Assembly: GCA_035501575.1 (NCBI GenBank)
Contig: DATJVZ010000319.1
Location: forward strand, 3,841-67,840
Origin: Terriglobales bacterium
GTDB taxonomy: Bacteria; Acidobacteriota; Terriglobia; Terriglobales; Acidobacteriaceae
Reading direction: 5' to 3'
DNA: 64,000 nucleotides
Shown: positions 21,101 through 30,571 of the stretch, piece after piece
Layout of the letters: each line of letters opens with the position of its first letter
Position numbering within the stretch: the stretch's first letter is position 1
The notes under the pieces: generated by a model
The model's database searches: none
The model's input: the letters and a program-made list of their open reading frames with translations, nothing else
What the model was told of the DNA's origin: nothing
Translations under genes and position numbers: made by a program

Positions 21101-21575
21101 GGCGCCTGGTCCCCTCGGGCAGGTCTTCGAGTTTCTCTTCGAACCAATTCTCAAAGGCTTCTCGATACAGGGCCCGGCTCTCGGCCTCGTTCATCACCTC
21201 GACCTCGGGATCAATCTTTGCTTCGACCGGGCGCTCGCGCAGCAAATCGCCACAGAAGGAGTGGATCGTGCTCAAGCGTGCCTCCTCCAAGTGAGCGAGG
21301 GCGTATTCCAGACGGCCGCGAACTTCAGGATTCGGTTCCGAGCGTCTAGCGTTCTCAAGCTCGGAACGCAGGCGTAGCTTCAATTCTCCCGCCGCCTTCT
21401 CGGTAAAGGTCACGCCGACGATGCTGTCAATGTCGGCCCGGCCGGAGGAGATCACGGCAATCATGCGCGCCACCAGTTCCGTGGTCTTTCCTGTCCCCGC
21501 CGCGGCTTCGACCACCAGGGTTTGGTCGAAGACCGTGCGAATGCGTTCGCGGGCCAGGTTGTCGATCAACGGCAT
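18108..21575 (-). CDS. addA: AddA-type ATP-dependent helicase/nuclease (UvrD-like helicase + RecB-family nuclease)
   Basis: Walker A AAAGTGKT, FVDEFQDT, VHKAKGLEFPVV, and the C-terminal nuclease block GILDLAF...VVVDFKT. Confidence 0.85.
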   Translation of the reverse strand: MPLIDNLARERIRTVFDQTLVVEAAAGTGKTTELVARMIAVISSGRADIDSIVGVTFTEKAAGELKLRLRSELENARRSEPNPEVRGRLEYALAHLEEARLSTIHSFCGDLLRERPVEAKIDPEVEVMNEAESRALYREAFENWFEEKLEDLPEGTRRLLRRKTRNLPTETLLAAGWELANWRDFPASWQRPPLNRIAAIDALVEKFHRLAELTAEPADAGNNLFLDTAAARSLSQEIRAVEKARPRDYDGLEATFVLRATDGQFDRFREPRKGRPQYNQRIQRDQILALHQELMAALDAFVAQANADLAALLQAELGETVAGYQRLKQRAGKLDFLDLLIRTRDLLVESPSVRRYFQERFTHLFVDEFQDTDPLQAEILVLLSADTVETTNWRAVRPRPGKLFIVGDPKQAIYRFRRADVGTYEEVKQLLLGQGAELLQLTTSFRSLPSIQALINRAFAPYMDGNTEALQASYVQLSPFRRPYPGQPSIVALPVPRPYKRKFSMEAVENCLPDAIAAFLQWLVTKSGWTIPTPGDPEKRVPIGPNHICLLFRRFVSGDDDIARPYLRALEARNLPHLLVGGRSFHDREEVQTVRAALTAIEWPDDELSVFATLKGSLFAIRDDVLLEYRHHFGRFHPFRLPTDRLAGELEDVAESLRFLGSLHRRRNRRPVAETIDRLLEQTRAHLAFALRPSGEQVLANVLHIRELARRYEASGGLSFRGFVADLHAGTDAADTAEAPIFEEGSEGIRMMSVHKAKGLEFPVVIMADITAKISHSYPSRHIDARSGLCALPLAGCEPLDLSQHADLERARDRAEGVRLAYVSTTRTRDLLVVPSIGDDPRRSWNSVENWWVRPIYDALYPSAENRRKPKTASLCPNFGKDSVLVRPPDFVGDEADTVWPGEHHFPAPGQHDAEYSVVWWDPRALSLDVPQRFGIREEELLKEPEDPEVLRQDIRAYESWRKTWDDVRGKASAPSVTFRTVTAEAHKDPGRGRPSEVELIELPRERERPFGARFGSLVHATLASVPLDANRSQVEEFVSLHGKVLGASPEEIEEAVSAVGGALAHPLLERARKAWRSGQCRRETPVTISQPDGTLLEGILDLAFLEGNQWVVVDFKTDRELEAILEPYFRQVVLYATAVSWATEQPAVPVIMRV

Positions 21576-24500
21576 CAGGGCAGCTCCCTCATGGTTTTTA
21601 GCTGCGCCAGGGGAGGAATCTCCTCCTTGCGGCCGAGGCGGATTTGCTCATACGGACCGCAGACCGCCTGAAAATCGCAGAAATCACAGGCCTGCTCTCT
21701 GGGCGCCGGCACCAAAAAGCAAGCCGCGATTGCGTTGTCGACCGTTCGCAGCACGACGTCCGCGCTACGGCGAGCGCCGGCATCGAGCGGAATCGACCGC
21801 TCGCTGAAGCCGCCGGCCGTGGTGCAATAGAAGAGTCGGCCTTCGACCACCGGCCGCTCCAGGGCCGCCTCGACCGCGAGGGCGTAGAGCACCGGCTGCA
21901 GGTATTCTCCCTTTCCCACCACCAGGCCCTTGCCGGTGAAGTCCTTTCCCGTCTTATGGTCGGTGATGCGCCACCGGCTCCGGTCCTCGTTGCGCTCGAT
22001 GAGGTCGACGGCTCCGCGGAGTTTGACACCGCCGGCCACGACTACGGGATCGGAAAGGCTAGCCGCATCGCGCTCCTCGTTTCGAGGAAGGCCGAAACCG
22101 AACTCAAAGTGAACCGGCACCCAGCCATCCTGCTCGGCCACCTTGCGCAGCCACATGCGCAGATCAGCCCGCATGGATTCGATCTCGTCTTGCCAAACCC
22201 GGTCGATCGCCGGCGCCAGGTCCTCGTATGCTTGAGTGGCCACGCTGTCTATAACCTTGTCCAGCAGCTCAAGCGCCTCGGGCAGCTTGTCGACTTTGAC
22301 CGGCAGCCCACCTCGCCCCTGCAAGGCCAGCTGCAGTTTTGCCTGAATCCGGTGGAAGAGCCGCCCTTTGGTCAGCGGATCCATTTGGGCAAGCGGCGCG
22401 GGCTCTTCCCGCGGCCCCAGTCGATAAATCTCGGACAGCAAAAAGCGGTAGGGGCAAGCGGCAAACTTTTGCAGACCGGAGGCCGAATAAGGGCGGGCCC
22501 GAAGTCGATATCTCTCGAGGATCTCGGCAATCGATTGGCGCTTGCTGAACAGACCGTCGTACACCGACCACGGTTTGTGCCAACGCGCCCAGCGGCTCCG
22601 CAAGGAACGGGCCAGGCAGGAATTGAGCTTCAAGATGTAGGTGAGTCGTCCGGCGCGTGGAACCTCGCGGTTGAGAAGCGGCCACACGCTGGCCAAATCA
22701 TACTCGGAATCATCAATGGCCTGGAATGGATCGCGCGGCGCGGGCCAAGCCAACCGGCTGCTTCCCGATAATTCGGCCTCCCGGGCCAAGATTTCATGAT
22801 CGGGCACGTCACCGGTAATCGAGCGGGCGACATCGAGCGCATAGAAGGACGGTACGCGGGGCCGGGCTTCGGCAACGTCCAGCCGGGGATAAGAGAGATA
22901 GAGCTTCCGTCGCGCGGCGCCGACGGCAAGCTGCAGGAGAAGCCGCTCGTGCTGACTGCGGTCGTTTAAGAGGCGCAGATCGGGGCCCAGTTTCTTTCTC
23001 TGCTGATCGAGCAAGAGAGGGTCTTCGCGAAGCTTCTGGGGAAACATCCGCTCCGCCAAACCGGGAACGAAGACCACATCGAACGAACGCCCCCGCGCCT
23101 GTTCCGGCGTGGTCACGAGCACGCGCCCGTAGCGGCTCTCGGGCGGTTCCTGTTGCAGGTTTGCCAACCAGTGCTCGAGTACGATGCGGACTTCCGCCAG
23201 AGGTACGGAATCCACCGGTGCCATGGGCTTCATGTCCGCAAGCACCGCCAGCACCCGCTCCGGCCTGCGCAGAACCTTCGGCACAAGCCGCTCGAGGGCG
23301 GTTATCCACACTCCCCAGCTCGCCGATTCGGGCATGGCCGCCAGTTCATCGACCACGGGAAGAGCAAAGGCTCGGAGGTGACGTAAGTTGCGCAGCTTGC
23401 GCGCGACGTCCTCGATATGCGGGGAGCCGGGTTCTTCTTCGGCGATCGCCTCGAGCTCGAACTGGAACTGATGTTCCAGTCCTTCCAGCCGCCGAGCCCA
23501 GCGTTGTTTGCCGCCGATGACGGCGGCTTCTACCATGAGCTGTTCCCATCTCCAGGGAGCTCGCAGGTTTCCCGCCAACTCCGGTTTGTCGGGATGGTCC
23601 GCTGGCGTATCCTCTTCCCTTGCCTCGCGATCGGGAACAACTGCGGTTAGGCCGGCCGTAACCGGACCTAGAGCATCGTCCTCGGGGAGAACAAACGGCA
23701 ACCTCTTGTCGATAACGGTGCCATCGTTGGCGAGATTAGGAACCTGGGCGAAAGATAGGTACTCGGCAAAGCGGCGAGCCGACAGCCCTTCAGCGGCACA
23801 GGCCAGCAGGGCCAGGAGGGCTCGCCCGGAAGGATCCGGTCGGCGGGTTCCGTGGGCAAAATACGCCGGGATCCCGGCTCGTGCCAAGGCAGACTCGAGC
23901 AAGCTGGCATAGCTCTCAGGCGCTCGCACCAAAATGGCCATGCAATCGAAGGATATTCCTTTGCCGGCCTCGGACAGCACGCGGCGCGCAATCTCCACAC
24001 ACTCTCGCTCCTCTCCCGGAGCCGAGAAAAAGACGACCTCGCCGTCGACTTTGCCCGCGGGCGGAACCTCCTCGGAGAAAAGGTAAAAGCTGAGCCGCTC
24101 CAGGCTCGAATTGCCGCGCGCCGCGCTAACCTCGCCGTCCATGGAGCCCACCCCGCTAAGGTTAGTTAGCGTTCGCTGGTCCCCGGCTGGACAAGTGAAC
24201 AGAACTTGCTCGGAAGCGGCCGCGAGGGTCGTGACGAACTGCCGCTCAACCTGCGAATGAATGGGAAGGTCCAAGAACAACAGCGGGCGCCGAACCAGAT
24301 CTGTTCCCCTTTGGACTTCCTCGAGTGCCTCGCGAAAGAGGACGGTGCGGTCGGCGACCGCAGCCTCTCTCATTTGCTGCTCAAAGCTGTCGAGAAGAGT
24401 GGCGTTGTCCGGCCCGGACTCTCCCAGTCGTTCGAGTTCAGGAGCCGGGATGCCTGCAGCGCGCAATTCCGCGAGCGTTGCCGTGACCGCGCGGGCAAAG

Positions 24501-24841
24501 CCCGGGAAGCCTGCAACCGGGTTGAAATAGCGCAGACGTTCGCGAGCCTGCGCCTCGTAGGCCGCACGCACGGCAATGGCCTCGGCGCCCACCGCGCTGC
24601 CCGGGACAATGCCTCTTGCCGCCAACCGGTTCCTGGCCAACCGAGTGGCTAGTTGGGACAGGCTGAAGCGATGCAGCCCGAAGGTCGCAGGGCAGGTTGC
24701 AAGCTGTCGTACAAAATCATCCACCGCATCCCGCCCAGCGCCGATGATCACGAGCTCGGTCGCCGGCGGAAAGGAACGGACAAAGTCAGCGGCCGCGGTA
24801 ATCCGCTCGTGGGCCGAATGGGACTTGAAGATGCGTATCAT
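21575..24841 (-). CDS. addB: AddB-type PD-(D/E)XK nuclease subunit with Fe-S cysteine cluster
   Basis: WRITDHKTGK nuclease motif. Cys set FAACPYRF + CDFCDFQAVC. No Walker A seen. TGATG overlap with addA. Confidence 0.78.
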   Translation of the reverse strand: MIRIFKSHSAHERITAAADFVRSFPPATELVIIGAGRDAVDDFVRQLATCPATFGLHRFSLSQLATRLARNRLAARGIVPGSAVGAEAIAVRAAYEAQARERLRYFNPVAGFPGFARAVTATLAELRAAGIPAPELERLGESGPDNATLLDSFEQQMREAAVADRTVLFREALEEVQRGTDLVRRPLLFLDLPIHSQVERQFVTTLAAASEQVLFTCPAGDQRTLTNLSGVGSMDGEVSAARGNSSLERLSFYLFSEEVPPAGKVDGEVVFFSAPGEERECVEIARRVLSEAGKGISFDCMAILVRAPESYASLLESALARAGIPAYFAHGTRRPDPSGRALLALLACAAEGLSARRFAEYLSFAQVPNLANDGTVIDKRLPFVLPEDDALGPVTAGLTAVVPDREAREEDTPADHPDKPELAGNLRAPWRWEQLMVEAAVIGGKQRWARRLEGLEHQFQFELEAIAEEEPGSPHIEDVARKLRNLRHLRAFALPVVDELAAMPESASWGVWITALERLVPKVLRRPERVLAVLADMKPMAPVDSVPLAEVRIVLEHWLANLQQEPPESRYGRVLVTTPEQARGRSFDVVFVPGLAERMFPQKLREDPLLLDQQRKKLGPDLRLLNDRSQHERLLLQLAVGAARRKLYLSYPRLDVAEARPRVPSFYALDVARSITGDVPDHEILAREAELSGSSRLAWPAPRDPFQAIDDSEYDLASVWPLLNREVPRAGRLTYILKLNSCLARSLRSRWARWHKPWSVYDGLFSKRQSIAEILERYRLRARPYSASGLQKFAACPYRFLLSEIYRLGPREEPAPLAQMDPLTKGRLFHRIQAKLQLALQGRGGLPVKVDKLPEALELLDKVIDSVATQAYEDLAPAIDRVWQDEIESMRADLRMWLRKVAEQDGWVPVHFEFGFGLPRNEERDAASLSDPVVVAGGVKLRGAVDLIERNEDRSRWRITDHKTGKDFTGKGLVVGKGEYLQPVLYALAVEAALERPVVEGRLFYCTTAGGFSERSIPLDAGARRSADVVLRTVDNAIAACFLVPAPREQACDFCDFQAVCGPYEQIRLGRKEEIPPLAQLKTMRELP

Positions 24842-24968
24842 GTTCGAGGATCAAGCCATGCCGGGACACCATCGATCGTGGTCCGTTGCCATGACGATGG
24901 TCGGCGGAGATTCGTATTGATTATCGACCGATCGGAAGCTAAATGCACCTCATCTTCGAGACAGAATT

Positions 24969-25868
24969 TTAAGGATAGGCGAGCTCGGGAACGTACTCCT
25001 CGACATTGCATTTTTCGAGAACATAGGCGCCCGGACCTTGCTGCCCCCGCACCGTGCGGCAGAATTCGGCGACAAAAAATCCGGCCCTTAGAGCTTCGGT
25101 GAAAGCCCAGCGGGTGGCTTCACGCCATTCGCGGGCTAGTGAGGGATCTCTTTGTTCGACCGACTGGATGTCACTTGGAATTTCGATGGCAATTCTCTGC
25201 CGCAGCAAGGCCGTGGCTAACTCGGCTCGCGACGGATGGCCAACCCCATTGAATTGCACCAGGGGAGACAACGTCTTCAGGGCGTCCAGCATTTCCGGAC
25301 GGCCGTCTTTGCCTTGCTGGCGCGCCTGTACCCGGCGGCTAGTAATCGGCCATTTCACCCACAAACGGTCGGTGCTATTGCGATGAAGCGGGCTGGAAGT
25401 CTCCGGGCCGTAGAAATCAACCAAGTAGGACGGAGAAATCACACCCAGTTTGGCAAAATTCAGATGGGCATTCTTGCTCTGCAGAGGGTCGAACGTCCAG
25501 GTTATCTCGCGGATGCGCAGATCCCCAATGCGCAAGGCCAGAGCCCGCTCGCGCTGCGCCAGCTTGAGTCTGTATCCGAGATCGCGATCGCGGTAAGGCG
25601 CACGGACAGCGAGCATGTGGGAATGGATGTTAGGCCGGTTCTTCTCCAAACCGAGAAACCCGAAAACAAAGCCGACCAGCACTGCACCTTCAAACGCTCC
25701 TAACCAAATGCTGCCCGCTTCCCGCGTAGCTACCGTCAGCGTGAGCGGCAGGGTGTCGAGATCAGACAGCGCCCAAACTTCTCGCTCTACTGCCTCGACC
25801 TGCTGGAGATCTTCAAAGCTTCGCAAATCGCGAATGGTAACGATGGGATTGGATTTGGTTTCCGGCAT
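24969..25868 (-). CDS. uncharacterised GNAT-superfamily-like protein
   Basis: N-terminal acyl-CoA N-acyltransferase-like block (VGFVFGF...HMLAVRAPYRDRDLGYRLKLAQRE). The assignment is from memory of COG3375-like proteins. Confidence 0.55.
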   Translation of the reverse strand: MPETKSNPIVTIRDLRSFEDLQQVEAVEREVWALSDLDTLPLTLTVATREAGSIWLGAFEGAVLVGFVFGFLGLEKNRPNIHSHMLAVRAPYRDRDLGYRLKLAQRERALALRIGDLRIREITWTFDPLQSKNAHLNFAKLGVISPSYLVDFYGPETSSPLHRNSTDRLWVKWPITSRRVQARQQGKDGRPEMLDALKTLSPLVQFNGVGHPSRAELATALLRQRIAIEIPSDIQSVEQRDPSLAREWREATRWAFTEALRAGFFVAEFCRTVRGQQGPGAYVLEKCNVEEYVPELAYP

Positions 25869-26192
25869 CTAAGGGACAACCGGTGAAGCGAAAGAATACG
25901 CGAGAATCCGTCTCGCTGTCAGCCCACCCCTTCGCTCGATCGTCGCTGCCGCGGGCGGAAGCAGATGAAGCAGATGAACTTGCTGGCTTTTTCAGGGTAA
26001 ATAATTGTAAAGAGGCCCAACAGGGAATGCAATTTGGAATATGATGATTCTTGAGGACTTGCGTCGCTCGGTTTTTTTGAACATTGGGCAAAAATCCGCA
26101 TCCCAAGTGGGCATCCCTACGTCCAACCTCTTGGGATTACCGCGCCAAGCTTTGGTCGACGGATCACCTTTCCTTTGCGATGAGGCACACGA

Positions 26193-27461
26193 ATGACAGC
26201 TCCCTCCAGCCGATTTAACCCCGGGCCGCGGGTATCTCGACCGTGGGTTCGATCGACGAATCGAGTTGGCTCACAGTTCAAGTTTTTGATAGCGGTACTG
26301 CTGTCCTTGGCGTTTCTGAGTTGCGGGGGCAGCGATCCCCGATCCGGATCAGCCCGGGCCAACGTAGCCTCAGCCGTGCCGGTTTCAGTGGCGACGGCCG
26401 AGCGTCGCGATATGCCCTATTACCTGACCGGGCTGGGATCGGTTTCGGCCTTCTACACCGACAGTGTCAAGACGCGGGTAGACGGCGAACTGGTCGAGGT
26501 GAACTTCAAAGAGGGCCAGTATGTAAACAAAGGCGATCTCCTGGTGGTGATCGACCCGCGGCCCTATCAAGTGGCACTCGAGCAAGCGCAGGCGACGCTT
26601 TTCAAAGACCAAGCCTCGTTGCGCGATGCCAAGCTGAATTACGAGCGTTATAAGGGCCTGCTCGAAAACTCAGGAGCCATGTCACAGCAACAGGTCGACA
26701 CCCAGAAGGCAACGGTCGATCAACTCGAGGGCACGGTGCGCACGGATCAGGCGGCGGTCGATAATGCCAAGCTGAACCTGGTCTATTGCCACATTACCTC
26801 ACCCATTAGTGGGCGGGTTGGGCTGAGGCTGGTCGATCCGGGCAATATTGTCCATGCCACCGACACCAACTCGCTGCTGGTCATCACGCAGCTGCAGCCG
26901 ATCGCCGTGCTGTTCACACTTCCCGAAGACCAGCTTCCACCGGTCGCCCAGCACATGGCCAAAGGCACACTGCAGGTCGTAGCCTACAGCCGGGACGAGC
27001 AGACCAAGCTCGCGACCGGAAAGCTCTTGACCATCGATAATCAGATCGATCAGAGTACCGGCACCGGTCGTCTGAAGGCGGTTTTCGACAATAAAGACAA
27101 CCTGCTGTGGCCAAACCAATTCGTAAATATCCGCTTGTTGCTGGAGGTTCGGAAAAATAGCACGGTGATTCCAGCCGCCGCGATTCAACGCGGGCCGCAA
27201 GGCACCTACGTGTTCGTCGCCAAGCCCGATCACACGGTTGAGATCCGCCCGGTGACCATTGCCTTCACTCAGGACAACCTGTCCACGATCGCCAGCGGAC
27301 TGACGCCCGACGAGGTGGTCGTCACCGATGGCCAGGATAAGCTGCAGCAGGGTAGCCAGATCGAGGTTCGCACTCCTGCCGCACCCGCGAACCGTGCGCC
27401 GGCGCCAGGCGCGGTCTCGGGCAGTCCGCCGCAGCAAACTTCAGCACCTCCGGCCAAATGA
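26193..27461 (+). CDS. mdtA: RND efflux periplasmic adaptor (MdtA-like), lipoprotein
   Basis: Lipobox [10 protein letters not shown] and an HlyD-type adaptor pattern, directly upstream of two RND pumps. Confidence 0.88.
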   Translation: MTAPSSRFNPGPRVSRPWVRSTNRVGSQFKFLIAVLLSLAFLSCGGSDPRSGSARANVASAVPVSVATAERRDMPYYLTGLGSVSAFYTDSVKTRVDGELVEVNFKEGQYVNKGDLLVVIDPRPYQVALEQAQATLFKDQASLRDAKLNYERYKGLLENSGAMSQQQVDTQKATVDQLEGTVRTDQAAVDNAKLNLVYCHITSPISGRVGLRLVDPGNIVHATDTNSLLVITQLQPIAVLFTLPEDQLPPVAQHMAKGTLQVVAYSRDEQTKLATGKLLTIDNQIDQSTGTGRLKAVFDNKDNLLWPNQFVNIRLLLEVRKNSTVIPAAAIQRGPQGTYVFVAKPDHTVEIRPVTIAFTQDNLSTIASGLTPDEVVVTDGQDKLQQGSQIEVRTPAAPANRAPAPGAVSGSPPQQTSAPPAK

Positions 27462-30400
27462 ATCCTTCCCGCATCTTCATTCTTCGACCAGTCGCAACCG
27501 CGCTACTGATGGTGGCGATCATGTTGGTGGGCTTTGTCGCCTATCGCCAACTCCCGGTCTCGGCGTTGCCCGAGGTGGACTATCCCACGATTCAGGTGAT
27601 GACCTTTTACCCCGGAGCCAATCCCGACGTGATGGCATCGTCGGTCACTGCCCCGCTCGAACGTCAGTTCGGTCAGGTACCGGGGTTGACACAAATGACC
27701 TCCTCCAGTTCGTTTGGCAGCTCAGTCATCACCTTGCAGTTCGGGCTCGATCAGAACATCGACGTCGAGGAGCAGCAGGTTCAGGCTGCGATCAACGCGG
27801 CCCAGACCTACTTGCCATCCGATCTGCCGAATCCTCCGATTTATAGCAAGGTGAATCCGGCGGATGCCCCGATTCTCACCCTGGCCATGACCTCGCAGTC
27901 GTTGCCGCTCTCTAAAGTCGAAGACTTGGCGGACACCGCGCTGGCGCAGAAGATTTCGCAGGTCACCGGGGTGGGTTTGGTTTCGATCAGCGGCGGCCAA
28001 AAGCCGGCAGTTCGGGTGCAAGTCAATCCCACCGCCCTGGCAGCCTACGGCTTGAGTCTCGAGGATGTGCGCACGGCTCTGGCAGCGGCGAACGTCGACC
28101 AAGCCAAAGGGACGCTGAACGGGCCGCGGCAATCGTTCACCATCGGCGCCAATGACCAATTGCTGTTCGGAGATCAGTATCGTCCCATCGTCATCGCCTA
28201 TCGCAACGGTTCCCCGGTGCGGCTTTCCGATGTGGCGAAGGTGAGCGACGGAGTCGAGAACGTCATGCAGGCGGCCTGGATGAACGAAGACCCTGCGGTG
28301 ATCGTGAACATCCAGCGCCAGCCGGGGGCGAACATCATCAGCGTCGTAGACCGCATCAAAAAGCTGCTTCCCCAGCTGCAGGCGGGATTGCCGGCGGCCG
28401 TCAACGTCTCGATTCTCATCGACCGAACCGCAACCATTCGTGCCTCGGTCAAGGATGTGCAATTCGAGCTCATGCTGACGGTGGCGCTGGTGGTCATGGT
28501 GATCTTTCTGTTTCTGCGCAACCTCCCCGCAACCGCCATTCCCAGCGTTACCGTTCCGCTGTCTATCGTGGGCACGTTCGGGGTGATGTATTTGCTCGGC
28601 TACAGCCTGAATAATCTCACGCTCATGGCGCTGACGATCTCTACTGGATTTGTGGTGGACGACGCCATCGTCATGATTGAGAACATCTCCCGCTTCCTCG
28701 AGGAAGGGGATTCGCCTCTCGACGCCGCCCTGAAGGGCGCTGGGCAAATCGGGTTTACCATCGTTTCGCTGACGGTTTCTCTCATTGCCGTGCTGATTCC
28801 CCTCTTATTCATGGGCGATATCGTCGGCCGACTGTTCCGGGAGTTCGCCGTTACCTTGGCGGTAACCATTTTGGTCTCCGCCGCGGTATCCCTGTCGCTG
28901 ACCCCGATGATGTGCGCCAAATTGCTTAAACACCAGCGTGAGTCCGAACAGAGCCGCTTCTACCGGTCCTCGGAGAAGTTTTATAACCGGGTGATCGAGT
29001 TCTATGGGCGAACCCTCAAGTTCGTGCTTCGTCACCAAACCACGACCTTGTTTGTGACGGCCGGTACGCTGGTCCTCACCTTGATCTTGTATGTCATTGT
29101 TCCCAAGGGGTTCTTTCCGGTGCAGGATACCGGGGTTATTCAGGGCATTTCCGAGGCTCCGCAGAGCGTTTCCTTCCCCTCGCTCGAAGAACGCCAGAAG
29201 GCGCTCACCCACATCATTCTGCAGGATCCCGACGTTGCCAGCCTGTCTTCGTTTATCGGAATTGACGGAACCAATCTGACCCCGAACACGGGGCGAATTC
29301 AGATCAACCTCAAGCCGCGCGACGAGCGCAAGGCCAGCGCCACCGACATCATCCGTCGCTTACAGCCAAAGCTGGCGCAGGTCGAAGGCATCACGCTGTT
29401 CATGCAGCCGGTGCAGGATCTGACGGTCGAGGACCGGGTGAGCCGGACACAATTTCAATACACCATGGAGGATGCGGACTCCCGCGAACTGGCGCGGTTG
29501 TCGGCGCAGCTGATCGACAAGCTCCGCACCCTGCCCGAGTTGCGCGATGTTGCCAGCGACCAACAAACTGGCGGCCTGCAGGCAGATATTGTCATCGATC
29601 GCGACACGGCCTCGCGGTTTGGGATCTATCCGGCCCAGATTGACAATACCCTGTACGACGCGTTCGGCCAGCGGCAGGTGTCGACCATCTTCACCCAGCT
29701 GAACCAATATCACGTGGTGCTCGAGGCCGATGCGCAATTTCAGCAGAACCCGGGTTCGTTCAAAGATTTGTACGTCAAATCGAGCACCGGGGCCCAGGTC
29801 CCCCTTTCGGCTTTTACCCAGGTGCACACCACCCCCACTTCGCTGGCGGTGAACCACCAGGGCCAGTTTCCCGTGGTGACCATTTCCTTCAATCTTGCCC
29901 CCGGCAAATCGCTAGGCGATGCCACCGAAGCGATCGATCAGGCAGAAGCGCAAATCGGAATGCCGGCCAGCGTTCATACCGCGTTCCAAGGGACGGCGGC
30001 CGCTTTTCGCAATTCGCTTTCGACCGAACCGTGGTTGATCGTAGCCGCGATCGTGACCGTGTATATCGTACTGGGCGTGCTCTATGAGAGTTACATTCAT
30101 CCCGTGACCATCCTCTCCACGCTGCCTTCGGCCGGGGTGGGCGCCATTCTGGCATTGCTGCTCACGGGCAATGATCTGGGCGTGGTGGCGATTATCGGAA
30201 TCATCCTGCTCATCGGCATCGTAAAGAAGAACGCCATCATGATGATCGACTTCGCTCTCGAAGCCGAGCGCGTCGAGCACAAGCCGCCGGAAGAGGCGAT
30301 CTTTCAGGCATGCCTGCTTCGTTTCCGTCCTATCATGATGACCACGATGGCCGCGTTGCTTGGCGGTCTGCCCCTGGCACTCGGAACCGGCACGGGATCG

Positions 30401-30568
30401 GAGCTGCGTCACCCCCTGGGAATTACCATTGTGGGCGGACTGTTGGTCAGCCAGGCGCTAACCTTATATACGACTCCGGTGGTTTATCTGTGGTTTGACC
30501 GGCTGGCAAAGCGCTTTGAACGCTTCGCCATTGTTCACCGCGTCGAGGAACCGGCCACGGGGGATTAG
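27458..30568 (+). CDS. mdtB: RND multidrug efflux pump subunit MdtB-like
   Basis: [42 protein letters not shown]-terminus matches the MdtB pattern. 1036 aa. 4-nt overlap with mdtA. Confidence 0.9.
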   Translation: MNPSRIFILRPVATALLMVAIMLVGFVAYRQLPVSALPEVDYPTIQVMTFYPGANPDVMASSVTAPLERQFGQVPGLTQMTSSSSFGSSVITLQFGLDQNIDVEEQQVQAAINAAQTYLPSDLPNPPIYSKVNPADAPILTLAMTSQSLPLSKVEDLADTALAQKISQVTGVGLVSISGGQKPAVRVQVNPTALAAYGLSLEDVRTALAAANVDQAKGTLNGPRQSFTIGANDQLLFGDQYRPIVIAYRNGSPVRLSDVAKVSDGVENVMQAAWMNEDPAVIVNIQRQPGANIISVVDRIKKLLPQLQAGLPAAVNVSILIDRTATIRASVKDVQFELMLTVALVVMVIFLFLRNLPATAIPSVTVPLSIVGTFGVMYLLGYSLNNLTLMALTISTGFVVDDAIVMIENISRFLEEGDSPLDAALKGAGQIGFTIVSLTVSLIAVLIPLLFMGDIVGRLFREFAVTLAVTILVSAAVSLSLTPMMCAKLLKHQRESEQSRFYRSSEKFYNRVIEFYGRTLKFVLRHQTTTLFVTAGTLVLTLILYVIVPKGFFPVQDTGVIQGISEAPQSVSFPSLEERQKALTHIILQDPDVASLSSFIGIDGTNLTPNTGRIQINLKPRDERKASATDIIRRLQPKLAQVEGITLFMQPVQDLTVEDRVSRTQFQYTMEDADSRELARLSAQLIDKLRTLPELRDVASDQQTGGLQADIVIDRDTASRFGIYPAQIDNTLYDAFGQRQVSTIFTQLNQYHVVLEADAQFQQNPGSFKDLYVKSSTGAQVPLSAFTQVHTTPTSLAVNHQGQFPVVTISFNLAPGKSLGDATEAIDQAEAQIGMPASVHTAFQGTAAAFRNSLSTEPWLIVAAIVTVYIVLGVLYESYIHPVTILSTLPSAGVGAILALLLTGNDLGVVAIIGIILLIGIVKKNAIMMIDFALEAERVEHKPPEEAIFQACLLRFRPIMMTTMAALLGGLPLALGTGTGSELRHPLGITIVGGLLVSQALTLYTTPVVYLWFDRLAKRFERFAIVHRVEEPATGD

Positions 30569-30571
30569 TCA

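Noticed and set aside
21644-22771. 375-aa ORF on the plus strand
   Set aside because: Antisense to addB. Shadow ORF.
18108-24841. Large helicase-nuclease pair considered as a possible novel defence system
   Set aside because: The motif content (UvrD helicase + RecB nuclease, partner with Fe-S nuclease) and the addB-addA order match canonical AddAB recombination repair. There are no associated methylase, toxin or sensor genes.
25958-25978. Tandem GAAGCAGAT x2 in the divergent GNAT/mdtA promoter region
   Set aside because: There are only two short copies. That is compatible with chance and shows no CRISPR-like or iteron-like periodicity.
27722-28747. 341-aa ORF on the minus strand
   Set aside because: Antisense to mdtB. 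The translation is His/Arg/Asp-rich nonsense.
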